This document shows, piece by piece, positions 24,101 through 40,300 of a stretch of DNA of 64,000 nucleotides; the stretch's first letter is position 1, and the number at the start of each line of letters is the position of its first letter. The DNA is taken from assembly GCA_009602725.1 (NCBI GenBank), contig WELB01000004.1:183647-247646 (forward strand). Reading direction: 5' to 3'. Below the pieces are notes generated by a model. That model was not told the DNA's origin. It did no database searches and saw nothing but the letters and a program-made list of their open reading frames with translations. Both the position numbers and the translations under genes were made by a program. Origin of the DNA: Spirogloea muscicola. Lineage: Eukaryota.

Positions 24101-26270
24101 TCTCCAGTCGCTCCATCCTGAGGGGCCAGGCTGTTTTAGCACCCGCTATAGCGGGTGTTGCAACAGGGACCAGGCCCTTCCAGCTTTCCCCAACCGCAGC
24201 ACTGCATGACCTCTCGAGCTCCCTACCAACACTTGCCGAGGGTCATGCAGATTTTGCGGCATGGGCACGCTGTTCCGATAGGAAAGCGCAGGCTCACTAC
24301 ACACACGCTGCGGACGTGCAGGCCGCCTCCGACTTGAAGGGACTGCTCAAGGACGATAGACGTGGCCTTACCCAGCTCCTTTCAATCGGCTCCCCGGGCG
24401 CGTCGGAGTGGCTAAACGCTCTGCCGATCTACGAGTCCCTTCGGCTTTCTGACAACCTTTTCCGCACGGCGCTCCACCACCACCTTGGCCTCCCCCCCNG
24501 CTAGCTCACTAGAAGGAAGGATGAAATCGACAAATGAGCTTGTTTCGTTCCTTTCACTGTGCTTGGTGGCTCGAGCTCCTGCATCGGCTCGCGCGAAACG
24601 CAGTCTCCCCACGTTCTCAAGATGGGCAGGCCGATCTCATCGTGGCACGCTCAGGTGTATCATGCGCCTGTCAATATCCCTGCAGCGGTCAATGGCACAC
24701 GCGCTTCATCTGCGTGCTGGTCGTGCTTTGGCTGCAGCCTCTGGCTATAGACAGGGGACCCGCTACCTGGAGTGAAGACTACTTTCGCCAACCTGCGGCT
24801 GCTAAACAGGGGGCATTGAGCATTCAGTAGACACTTAGGTCGCCGTGTGCTTCAGCACTTTTCTGGCCACTTCGAACTTCGTTCATTCATTTTCCTGGGC
24901 TGGCGGCCGATCACAGCCATCGTCCTCTACTGGAAGAATCAATTGTTCACAGTTAGTGCCCTCCTAATGAAGAACTTCTGGAGCACCATATTCACACCCG
25001 TCGCCAGTTGCACCTGCAGATGAAGCGGGCTTCTTTTGTTCAGGCTCGGGCCATTTTGGAAAAGCTTTCACATCATCGCCCTCTGATTATTGGGGTGTTC
25101 CTTCTCTTTCTTGCCAACTCGGGGTTACTAAGCTCCCATCCGCTGTAGTCTCTTGCATAGCTGTGTGGTTTAAGGCGCCTTTAGTAGTCGTGGTTGTCGT
25201 GTTTGGTGTAGTCCTTCTCGGCACCTCTTTCTTTGGCTTTGGACATTATCCATTCTTTTTGGGCTGGCTTTGCCAGCCCTCTTCTCTCTGGGCGCGCACT
25301 TCTCTCGTTTGGCCCTTCGGACCTTGTCCTCTCTTTCTGGGCTGGCTATCTCGTGGTTACTACGTGATTCATCCCACCGGCCAAGCTCTGAGCCAGCACT
25401 TTTGGTTCCTTCAGACTTTGTCGACTATTTCGGGCTGACTGTTATATCCCTTGCCCCCTTTGACCCGTGGTTACTGAGCGGGTCAATCTGCTGTAGATTA
25501 CTTTGGTCTTCAGATGTGCTTGCCTTTGTACTTGGCCATTTGGCCAAGTCCAAAGCTTCGTTTGTTTCAAATACACGGAAAATCTCCTTTGGGAGAGCCA
25601 CGTTCTTATCTACAGCCCCTGCCTTACATTGGAGAAGCTGCTGTTGTCTTCATGCTGCTGACGTCTTGGAGATTGGTATCCTGCTTTTTGCACCATCCGG
25701 CCCTTTCAGACCTTCTCCATTCCTTTGGGCTAGCCTTTGGGCCGTGCTATCGTTGCTGCTTCCGGGTCTCGTCTGCCTGCATCTTTTCCAGCTTCGAGCT
25801 ACTCTGACCTGATGTTGCTCACCCGCGAGTATTAAGCTTCCTGTGGTTCCGTCGTGTCTAGTTGTGTAGATGCTAAGCTGTGTATTTCCCTTCTTTCCGG
25901 CACCTGTTGTGGCTCTTTGGTGTTTGTCCATACTTTCTTGGCTGGCTTCTGCCAGCTCCTCTTTTCTGTGGGCGAGCTCCTCTCAGAAGAAAAGAGCCTC
26001 TCTCACAGAGCCCCTGTCATTTGGCCCCTTCGAACCGCTGGCTTTTCACAGCCCTTGCCCCCATTGGGAGAAGCACTTCATTCTCACAGCCCTTCATTCA
26101 TCTCACAGCCACAGCCCTTGCCCCCATTGGGCTGGCCTTTCCCAGCCACCAGTCAATCTGGCCGCGCTTTCTTCCATTGGGAGAGCCACTTCTCCCACAG
26201 CCACCGCTGTCGTTGCTGAAGAGCTGTTTCCTTCGCGGACCACGCCACGCGTCACGCTGGAGAGGTGAGT
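21150..26270. mobile_element. Large nest of CRE-like retrotransposon fragments upstream of the UGPase gene
   Basis: Repeated MRLSxSLQRSMAHALHLRAGRALA and SDLxxLTRxY* segments on both strands (about 21320, 21640, 21920, 23115, 23600, 24660, 25465, 25820). ORF 21880-22362 encodes an RLE C-terminus. More than 10 GGGCTGGC motifs. Confidence 0.85.
23720..24498 (+). mobile_element. CRE-like retrotransposon ORF fragment (region between RT thumb and zinc knuckle)
   Basis: QLAVAILTRC..RPTYLLRTVPP, QCTLPTSIGGLG, GASEWLNALP..LRLSDNLFRTALHHHLGLP are characteristic CRE-clade blocks; ends at the N at 24499. Confidence 0.85.
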
Positions 26271-26536
26271 GGCACTTCCTCGCTCGGCCAGCCGGAGTGG
26301 CGACTGGAGCCCGACGGATCCCCAGCCCCTCATACACTTTGTTGGGCTGGCCTCCCACAGCCACGGCGTAACATTCGCAGAGCTGCTTCTCCCGATCCCC
26401 AGTCTCTTGTCCGCCCCCCGCCCACGGGAGCCGCTCCATGAGCAGCTGGCTCGCCGCCCTGTCCGACGCGCTCGCTCGCTGCCTGCCATTCGGCTCCTCC
26501 TCCTCCTCGCGCGACGGCCCCCCGCCTGCCGCCGCC

Positions 26537-31633
<5,097 letters not shown>

Positions 31634-32499
31634 TGATCAGTGTTACCAGTGCCTTGCCATCAGGTACAAACGACGCAGAAGCCAAGTGTGTCACTTGTGC
31701 CATACCATGCCACGCCATGCCATGACTTTGTTCCGCTGCTTTGAAGTCTCCCAACAGCAGACTTCTTGCGTTGTGAGCATGTAAGCAAAGCTGCTCTGTT
31801 TCATAGTCACTGCAATCACCTCTGCACATACAGAGGTGACTAAGTGTCTCAAGTGCCTGCTTGCACACTAAAGTATCATGTCAAGTACACAGGTTCTGCA
31901 TCTAGCAGGAAGCCCATCGGGCTTCTGCGAATGCTCCTCCTTCACAGTGATATCCAGCTTTCCAAGTGGGATCAACAAGTAGACTAGAAAAGTTGTGCAG
32001 CTTCACTTGCGGACTTTTGTAGCGAGATACGAGGAATTGCTGCTCATTGTGGCAAGAGTGCGTTGTCCAATCTGCCAGTTGTGGATGTTGATGCGGCTGC
32101 ACAGATTGGTCTTAGGACTTTATTTGTCACCGGAATGATATTTTTGCCCGTTTCAAGCATATTCTGTTTTTGAGGAGCAGAAGCAGCGGGCACCAATTGG
32201 ACTTCACTTCCAAATGACGTAGAGAATAAGCACATGTGCTCGCAGCATGTTACAAGCAGCACAGCAATTCGTCTTCTGTAGAAATTCGTCAATAGAGGGG
32301 GCATCCCTCCAGCTGCTTCTGTAGAAGATCCTCACCAGAGAGGGGATCCCTCCAGCTATGTAGCAGGCAGGGCCTGGAGAACGAGTATGTTGGCCTTGCA
32401 GCAGCTGTGGTGCCTAACTTGCAGCATAGTCCAAGGCTGGATAGGCGGTCACAGGAGATACGAGCTCGAGCAAACATCCCTGCTTAAGGGCGGCTGTGA

Positions 32500-33010
32500 C
32501 AAGTTAAGGCAATGGCTATGAGAGGCCAGCGCAAAAGGAACAGCGCTTCCACATTGACTGGTGGCTGTGTGACTGGTGACTGGAGGCCAGCCCAAAAGTA
32601 GTGTACAAGGTCTGAAAGGCCGAAAGGCGCAGAAGGCATGAAATTACTCATGACTCCTGCGAGTGGGCGCTCAACTACCTCATGTCAGCAAATACAGATA
32701 AAACTAAATAGAGGGCGAAGATGGGTCGCCCTGTCGGATCCCGAAGGCAGCAGCCAAGGCGCGGCCTGCCCAGACGTGGACGACTAGTGCCAAGGACCGG
32801 CTGCAGGGAGAGCAAGTCGGAAGCTGTACACTTGAGCAAGCGACCCGACGGCACCGGGCCGCTCGCTCTGCTGCCCTTGGCGGCGGGACACAGCCCGCCG
32901 TGCAAGCAGCTGGAGTAGGTCGAGCCAGCGAGTCCCAAACGTCGGCTTTAGAAGCCCCCCAGGTGCACATAGACGGGGATCCATGACTGTGTGAGCGGAG
33001 CGACAGGCTA
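32500..33010 (-). mobile_element. Decayed CRE-like 3' fragment
   Basis: ..LQP.LALVVHVWAGRALAAAFGIRQGD.. followed by a GGGCTGGCC motif at about 32583-32593 (-). Confidence 0.6.
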
Positions 33011-33419
33011 GGCAGACAGGGGCGCTCAGAGATCCCCCGTGTCAGCAATGGGAAGCCAGATGAGCTGAGGGGAGGCAGAGCAACCCCGCTGCGCACGCCA
33101 GAGGCTGCCCAGTGGGGGGCGCCCGGCAGGGGGGAGCGAAGGGGGCGGAAGATTCAGCGGCGGCGAGGTGGCCCGGCTGCCGTGGTGGCGGCGCGCGCGG
33201 CCACGCCGGCGGCGCCAGCATCGTTGACAACCACCACAGCCCCACCGGGCACGCCCCGCTCCACGTGTCATGCTGACGGCGCGCCGCAGGGGGGCTCGTG
33301 CCACGTGGTAGAGGGGGGTGGATCGGGGGGGGGCGCTCCTTCCCTCCCCGGCAGCGGTACAGCGACACTTGGCCCGCCTCGCCCGGGCGGCGCCCCCCCG
33401 CCCTCCCTCCTCCCTCCCC

Positions 33420-34151
33420 NNNNNNNNNNNNNNNNNNNNNNNNNNNNNNNNNNNNNNNNNNNNNNNNNNNNNNNNNNNNNNNNNNNNNNNNNNNNNNNNN
33501 NNNNNNNNNNNNNNNNNNNNNNNNNNNNNNNNNNNNNNNNNNNNNNNNNNNNNNNNNNNNNNNNNNNNNNNNNNNNNNNNNNNNNNNNNNNNNNNNNNNN
33601 NNNNNNNNNNNNNNNNNNNNNNNNNNNNNNNNNNNNNNNNNNNNNNNNNNNNNNNNNNNNNNNNNNNNNNNNNNNNNNNNNNNNNNNNNNNNNNNNNNNN
33701 NNNNNNNNNNNNNNNNNNNNNNNNNNNNNNNNNNNNNNNNNNNNNNNNNNNNNNNNNNNNNNNNNNNNNNNNNNNNNNNNNNNNNNNNNNNNNNNNNNNN
33801 NNNNNNNNNNNNNNNNNNNNNNNNNNNNNNNNNNNNNNNNNNNNNNNNNNNNNNNNNNNNNNNNNNNNNNNNNNNNNNNNNNNNNNNNNNNNNNNNNNNN
33901 NNNNNNNNNNNNNNNNNNNNNNNNNNNNNNNNNNNNNNNNNNNNNNNNNNNNNNNNNNNNNNNNNNNNNNNNNNNNNNNNNNNNNNNNNNNNNNNNNNNN
34001 NNNNNNNNNNNNNNNNNNNNNNNNNNNNNNNNNNNNNNNNNNNNNNNNNNNNNNNNNNNNNNNNNNNNNNNNNNNNNNNNNNNNNNNNNNNNNNNNNNNN
34101 NNNNNNNNNNNNNNNNNNNNNNNNNNNNNNNNNNNNNNNNNNNNNNNNNNN
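33420..34151. other. Assembly gap (N run)
   Basis: Run of n. Confidence 1.
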
Positions 34152-34895
34152 GCCGCTGCACCTGCCCCGCCGCGTCGTGCGCTTCCGGCCCTCGGAGCCC
34201 GCCGCCGCCGTGACCGCCGCGCTCGACGGCGGCTTCGCCTCCCGGGCCGTCGCCGACCGGCCGGCGGTCAAGTCGCAGCTTTCCACGCTGCTCAAGAACG
34301 ACGAGCCGGCCGAGCAGCGGGTGAGGGGCCGCGCCTCTCTCCAGCCCTGCACTACCATGGCTGCGGCTCTGTCGTCTCCGTTGGCACAACTGGCGACGGG
34401 CCAGCAATGCTCATGGCAGCTTGATGGCGACTCGTGCGCAGCGGGGGGACGAGGAGCTGCTGCGAGTGGCGGTCGGCGTGCCCGGCAACGGGCAGCCGCT
34501 GGCGCTCGCCGTGGCCCCCAGCACCCCGGTGCAGCGCGTCATCGCGCTCGCCCTGGCCGAGCACCGGCGCGGTGACCGGCTGCCGCTGCTCGGCCTGGAC
34601 GCCAACTCCTACGAGCTCCTTCCGGTGCGCACAATGGGGTCCTCGGACCCCATCTTCGTCCCCCGTCTGATGTTGCCTCTCTGCTGTCGAGCACCCACTT
34701 GCCAGTTCCTGAGCACTTACCCTCGTTGGACTGCCGCAGGTGGACTGCTCCAGGGGCTCGGAGGCGCTGCTGCCATGGCAGCCCATTGGCAAGTGCTGCC
34801 TGTCTCGCTTCACCCTGCGGAGGCATCACCGCCACGGTGCACTGTCTGCACCAGCCCGCCTCTTGCCAGCCTGCCGGGAAGTCGCGGCCTGCTAG
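34152..34895 (+). CDS. At1g70780-like plant domain of unknown function (DUF7054-like, recalled) with resemblance to SIN1 CRIM; exons <34152-34320, 34442-34624, 34740-34895; start in gap
   Basis: Spliced: ..AVKSQLSTLLKNDEPAEQR|RGDEELLRVAVGVPGNGQPLALAVAPSTPVQRVIALALAEHRRGDRLPLLGLDANSYELLP|VDCSRGSEALLPWQPIGKCCLSRFTLRR..; RLPLLG.D and S.AL.PW..IG match the plant family pattern; both introns are phase-0 GT-AG. Confidence 0.75.
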
Positions 34896-36049
34896 TTTGC
34901 TGCGCATGCCACCTTGCGACCCACCAACATGCCATCATTGCTTTTCATGCCCAAGGGGCAACTTAGAGCCCCCACATTGCAGCCTCACTTGCCAAGCCTG
35001 TAGCTTTCACCTCTTACAAGCACTGTCCTCGTTGCACAGCTCTGCAAGCTTGTGCTGCCTGCTCTGTGCATACATGTCACTCCACTTCAATTCTTATTTA
35101 GATACCTTTAGTCGCATCCATGAAGGTGTCAGGCCAACAAGTTTGTCAGCAAGTGACTCTTTAGCCTATGCAACGCTGGAACATGAGTGAGGAGCGCCGT
35201 TGCAGCAGTTGCCAATATAGTGTCTGCCGGCCACCTGCGGCCATCTGAGGGGCCATGACTCGATGCGTAACTTTACGGGCTTTGAATGCGTCTCCAATGC
35301 CCATCTGGCAGAAGACGGTAGATCTCTCACAATCAGGGGGAATACAGGTGAATCTTACACGAATTATGCTCGTTGCTGAACTAGTGCAGGCCTCCTTTTT
35401 GGATCAACGAAGGGAAAACAATTGTATTCTCAGCAATATTGTCCAAACCTCCTTCGTATCTAGTGACAGGTCATTTTTGATCGGCACAGCACGTGAGCTC
35501 CGCCATCCTCGGTCAGCGAGCAGTTTTGCCTGCTTTTAAAGAAGCAGTTCCTGCCAGACAGTCTGTCCAACAAATTAAGACTGCTGCGCGTTTGGCAACT
35601 AGCGTAGCAATCTCTTCTGTACAAGTGCATCGTGGGTCTTTGTACATGTTGAGGTCCGAGCCGCCCTCAGAGAACTCGTGCTTGTGTCCGAAGCCCGGGT
35701 TCGACGTGTTATTATAGTGGTGATGGTGATTCCTTTCAGAAAGTGTAGGCAGCTCCTTCTGATTGTCGTCCTCATCGACAACTTCAGAGACGTTTAGGTT
35801 TTAGGGTTTAGTGCAGACAAAGTCGAGGACTTTGTCTGCGCAGACAGTCCTCGACCATTGAATGACCAGTACCAGGACCATTATGCTGGCGACGACTTTT
35901 CAGATTTAGCAATGACATACAGAGGTTTACCGTGGCAGGTGGTTCAGTGTGCTTGAGCTACTTGCTTGCTTAACTGAGACTAGGCAACGCAAGAAGGGTA
36001 CGCTTCTGAAGGTTTTGTGCCCTCTGGTCTGGTGTCTGTCTCGTAGACT

Positions 36050-36500
36050 GCTGTCCGTAAGCATCTACTGCTCCAAGCTTCATGCACTGCGTCACTGTGC
36101 TGGATGAGCTCCAGAGTTGCGCGGCCAAATTCTGTCCCCTCTTCAGCTCTTCCAACATCGTTACACAATCCGTTACTCAGCGGCCCTCCTGGCGAGAGGC
36201 TTTTATTATTAAGCACGTTATACCTATCTATTCTACGCAACTCTTAGTATCCTGCTTCCTCCACGAGTTTCTCCTTACTGTCTGGGCTGCCCTTTCACAG
36301 CAACCTCTTCCTGGATGCAGCCTCTTCTCTGGCTTCTATACACTGCCTCATACAGGAGCCAACCTGTTTGCGAGCACTTTGCTGGCTTTGGCAGCAATAG
36401 CAACAGCCTGCCCACCCCCCCCAGCTTCGTGCCTCCTGTACTCCCCCATTACTCGCTCACCCACCAACAGTTCTCCCCCTCATCCCCTCCTCTGCCTCCT
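36050..36500 (-). pseudogene. Decayed LINE (L1-like) reverse transcriptase fragment
   Basis: AKASKVLANRLAPV*GSV*KPEKRLHPGR matches the RT motif K(I/V)LANRL..VL..II.P.Q..F.PGR; in-frame stops. Confidence 0.5.
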
Positions 36501-37343
36501 GCTCGCGTTACACCACCTCTCTAACAGCACTGACTTCTGTCGCCTCTGAAGGGTGTCCTCCTCTACAGGAGGAGCTTTGGAGCTTGAGAATACCAGGTCA
36601 GCTGACACCATCCTGTAGTCGCACAGTTACTGCACCTGCGGCTTGGTGCTTTCTGTCAGTGGAGAAGTCGACGCGCTCGACCAGAGGAGCAGAGTTGACG
36701 CCCTCGACCACGAAAATGTTCTGTCCAACATCCAAAGATTCTTCCAGCACCTAGTGATGTTCCAGCAGCGGCACCTCAAGAATTGATAGCTTGCATCGAG
36801 CAATAGCCATGCCGAAGCAACAGGCAGTGACACTCACCAGCCTTGCCTCTCTTAGCCCCTCCAACAAAGAGCAGAAAACAGGTGAACAAACTGTGGAGAA
36901 TCGTCATTATCAGCGGCCATAATAGAATGCTCATGACTACTCACGTCTGCAATGGAGAGCGACAAATATGAAGAATGGACCTGAACAGGTGTTGCAGAGC
37001 AACAAAAATAATACAAATACATTGTCAGGCCATTGCATACACAACACAGTATGACCCTGCAGTGGCAGCACTTGGGCATGGAAGGCCCCGAAGGTGGTGG
37101 AAGGTAGTGTGAGAGTCTCAGGCCCATCTTGCAGTAATGGACTAGTGGAAGTAAAAGGGCTCACTGGCATAGACAAATGTGAGCAGCCAGTGAAAATGTG
37201 TGACATTGAGCCCAATGAGGAGAGAAGTGGTGGCCCCCCATACAGTTGGCCTCCCATACTGTAACTTTGACAGAGGTTCATGTGAAGAGGTCTCAATTAA
37301 TGTACATAAATGAATGATGGCACCCATGCACAACCCTGGGGCT

Positions 37344-40300
37344 TCAAGAGGGGTGGCCTCTGGCAGCACCCTGATGCTGCCCCTGCAAATCGGCGCTCCT
37401 GGAAGGTACAGGCCTTTGGAGGGGTTTCAGCTGGGCCATTATCTCCGTGAAGGACGGGCGCTCGCTTGCTTCTCTGCAAGCACGCAGGATGGCATGCGGC
37501 CAATAAGAATGGCAATCAAGCACTACACTCGTGTTGTTTTGGCGGCAAAGGAAAATTGTCTCTCCTCTCACCAGCCTCATGCTGGGGACAGATGACAAGA
37601 TGGTCATAGAGGTAACGGTGCCAGTACATTCTGAAGCAGGCGTTGATGATGTCTGCAATGCCTGGCTCCACTGTATCTGGTAGAGGAAGAGTCCGCTGCT
37701 GGAAGCCAACCGCACCCACGACCTGCATGGGGTTCAGCTGGCCCCATGGTTTCTCCAACGTGGCTAGCTCCCAAAGAATCACCCCAAAGCTGAAGATGTC
37801 CGACCTGGTAGACATGCAGGGAAGGAAGTGCGAAATGACACCACTGACAAATCAAGCGTCAAAGTATAGATACATATACAATGTAAAAGATCTCGCACAT
37901 AAATGTACAAACCTGACCTAGTGTCCTCAGCAAATTAGGCCATGCACAAGCAGCTCAACCCTTTCATGATCCCTGTTGTTGTGATCAAACGAGCTATTCT
38001 TTCATAAATGCGAAGAGTGCTGAATTATAAAGAAAAGCAAAAGCTACATCATGCGGTACGCACTTCTCATTGGAGGGCTCGTTGCGGAGCACTTCTGGAG
38101 CCATCCACTCTGGCTGCAACCACAGGCAAGCAGGTCAATCAGTAAGCCGAAAGAGGCAATGAAATAGAAAACTTGTGCACCTCATATGCGGTCTACTTGA
38201 CCTAAGCGTTCTCCTTGACCTATTTCCTCTGCTCAATGAAGTGTACAGCAAAACCTGGTCAACAATGAGAGTGTCGAGTGTCTGCTGCTAATACAGGCTA
38301 CTAACTTAATAGTAACTCACTGTGCCAGCAGTTGACTTTGAAGTAAGGAAAGTGTGATTCTTTATCTTGGAAAGCCCAAAGTCACACACCTGCACAAGGA
38401 AGCATAGTCAAGCAAAAGCTCCACAACCAAACAATTGACAACAATGTAAACAAGGAGACTTACCACTGTGCACGAGTAAGGGAAGAGAATCAGGTAAGGG
38501 AAGCATTGCCCTGCCTACGAAAGAGACAGCTGCAATTTTGATGTTTGGCTCATGAAAACTTGCACAAATGCATGTAACTGAGCACTTTCTTACCTTGACA
38601 ACCCAATTCTTGTCGACAAGAAGGTTGGGCGACTTCAAATCACGGTGGACAATGGGAGGATTGCTGCTGTGGAGGTAGTTCATACCTTTGGCCTGGGCAA
38701 ACCGGGATCAAAGCAGGGCCGAATTAACGTAAGCAATGAGAAGAGCACCACCTTGCTCTACAGTGTGAAGCTAAGGAAGGCTAGACTCAACATGGCAGTG
38801 ATTGTAGCAAAGAACACATCGCTACTTGCCTACTTCACAGTGCCAAGCTCCGCAGACAAGCTGACAAGCTGCAAACCCTCACCACATCAAGTGCCATACG
38901 AAGCCTCCGAGCAATGTCGATAGTAGTATTGGCATGTTGTCGATGGAGCAGTCTGTACAGGCTCCCCCTGCAGCGAGCTAGGGTTGGAGCAAATTAGTCG
39001 CTCAGTAATCCAGTGTCCCATGAAGACCACAAGACATGACCCTGGTCTTCTCAATCAGGAGCAGGCTGTGGAAAGCTCGCTTGGTGCTGTTGGCCTTTGT
39101 GGGCTCAAAGTGTACAATGAAATTTGACTCAAGCTTTTGGCATGGGTGCTTGTGCACAGTAGCTTGGTAATAAGTTTTTCTAATTGCTAGGCAGAACTTC
39201 TTGCACTGACCTTGGAAGGAATTCTGTCACAATGGATAGGTGCGGAGGGCGCGTGACTGCACCCATGAAGAGAACCACATTTGGGTGCCGCAAACGCTTC
39301 ATTATGGCGACCTGAAATAGATAGGGTATAGGTCAGTCCATGATTGAGCTTCCACTTGCGCTGCTGATCCAGGGTGATTGACATGGAGGAGCTTGCGTTC
39401 TCATAGACAGCGTGACGCAGTCTGAATAAAGGTAGGGCCCAACTGTAGTACCTCGCCACGGAATTCCTCCAATGCTGCACCCTGCACATCCTGCTCCAGG
39501 AACTTCTTTACAGCCACTTCCTGTACAAGGAGCATGAAGTGCAAGCACGTGTGAGTGAGAATTGGATGAGCCCCTGGGCTGATGACTGAGGGAGGGAGGG
39601 AGGGAGGGAGGCTGCAANGGAGGGAGGCGGGAGAGAGGAAGGGAGGGAGGGAGGGAGGAGAGAGGGAGGGGTGTCACAAGTACTAGCCAATTCCAGCATG
39701 GAAGCATGATGGCTGCCGAGCAGCTAGCAGTATACAAAGTACACACAGTCACCCACCGATCCATGCCAATCACCGCGGTACACTTCGCCATATGAGCCTG
39801 CTCAAAGGATGAGACAAACATCAAATAGCATACTTCCAACATGTTGCACCTGCCTTCAAATTGAGCAATTGTAAGAATGAATGTATATAAATAGCAAGAC
39901 TACTTGCTGATGGTGCAACACCTGCAAACTAGTCAGAGGAGGCACCAGGACCTTTCAAGCACAGTCGATTTGGTCAGAAGCTAAGCTGGCCAATATCCCA
40001 TCTGCCAATGCCGCACATGGGCTACTGCAGTGCTTGTTGTGCTTACCTAGTCCTATCCTATCGCCAATGATGATGTCCTCCCAAGGAATCTCCCACTCCT
40101 CCGTCTCTTTCAGCATCCTCTGAAAGTTCCGCTCTGACGAAGCATGATGCATGTCACTCTCCAGCTGCTCGCCAGTGCTCACATCATCTATTCTCATAGT
40201 CTCCTCCGTGTCGCGGATGTGCATGGCTTCCAGCTCCGCTCCTCTGACCTCCGCAGCTGATCCCAGGCGGCTGAGTGGCAGCCTGGCGCTGCCCTCTGAC

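Noticed and set aside
5860..26370. Recurrent GGGCTGGC palindromic motif as a CRISPR array or REP element
   Set aside because: Irregular spacing, both orientations, eukaryotic context, no cas genes; explained as retroelement 3' tails.
35793..35812. gtttaggttttagggtttag as an interstitial telomere
   Set aside because: Fewer than three imperfect units; could be chance or a small repair scar.
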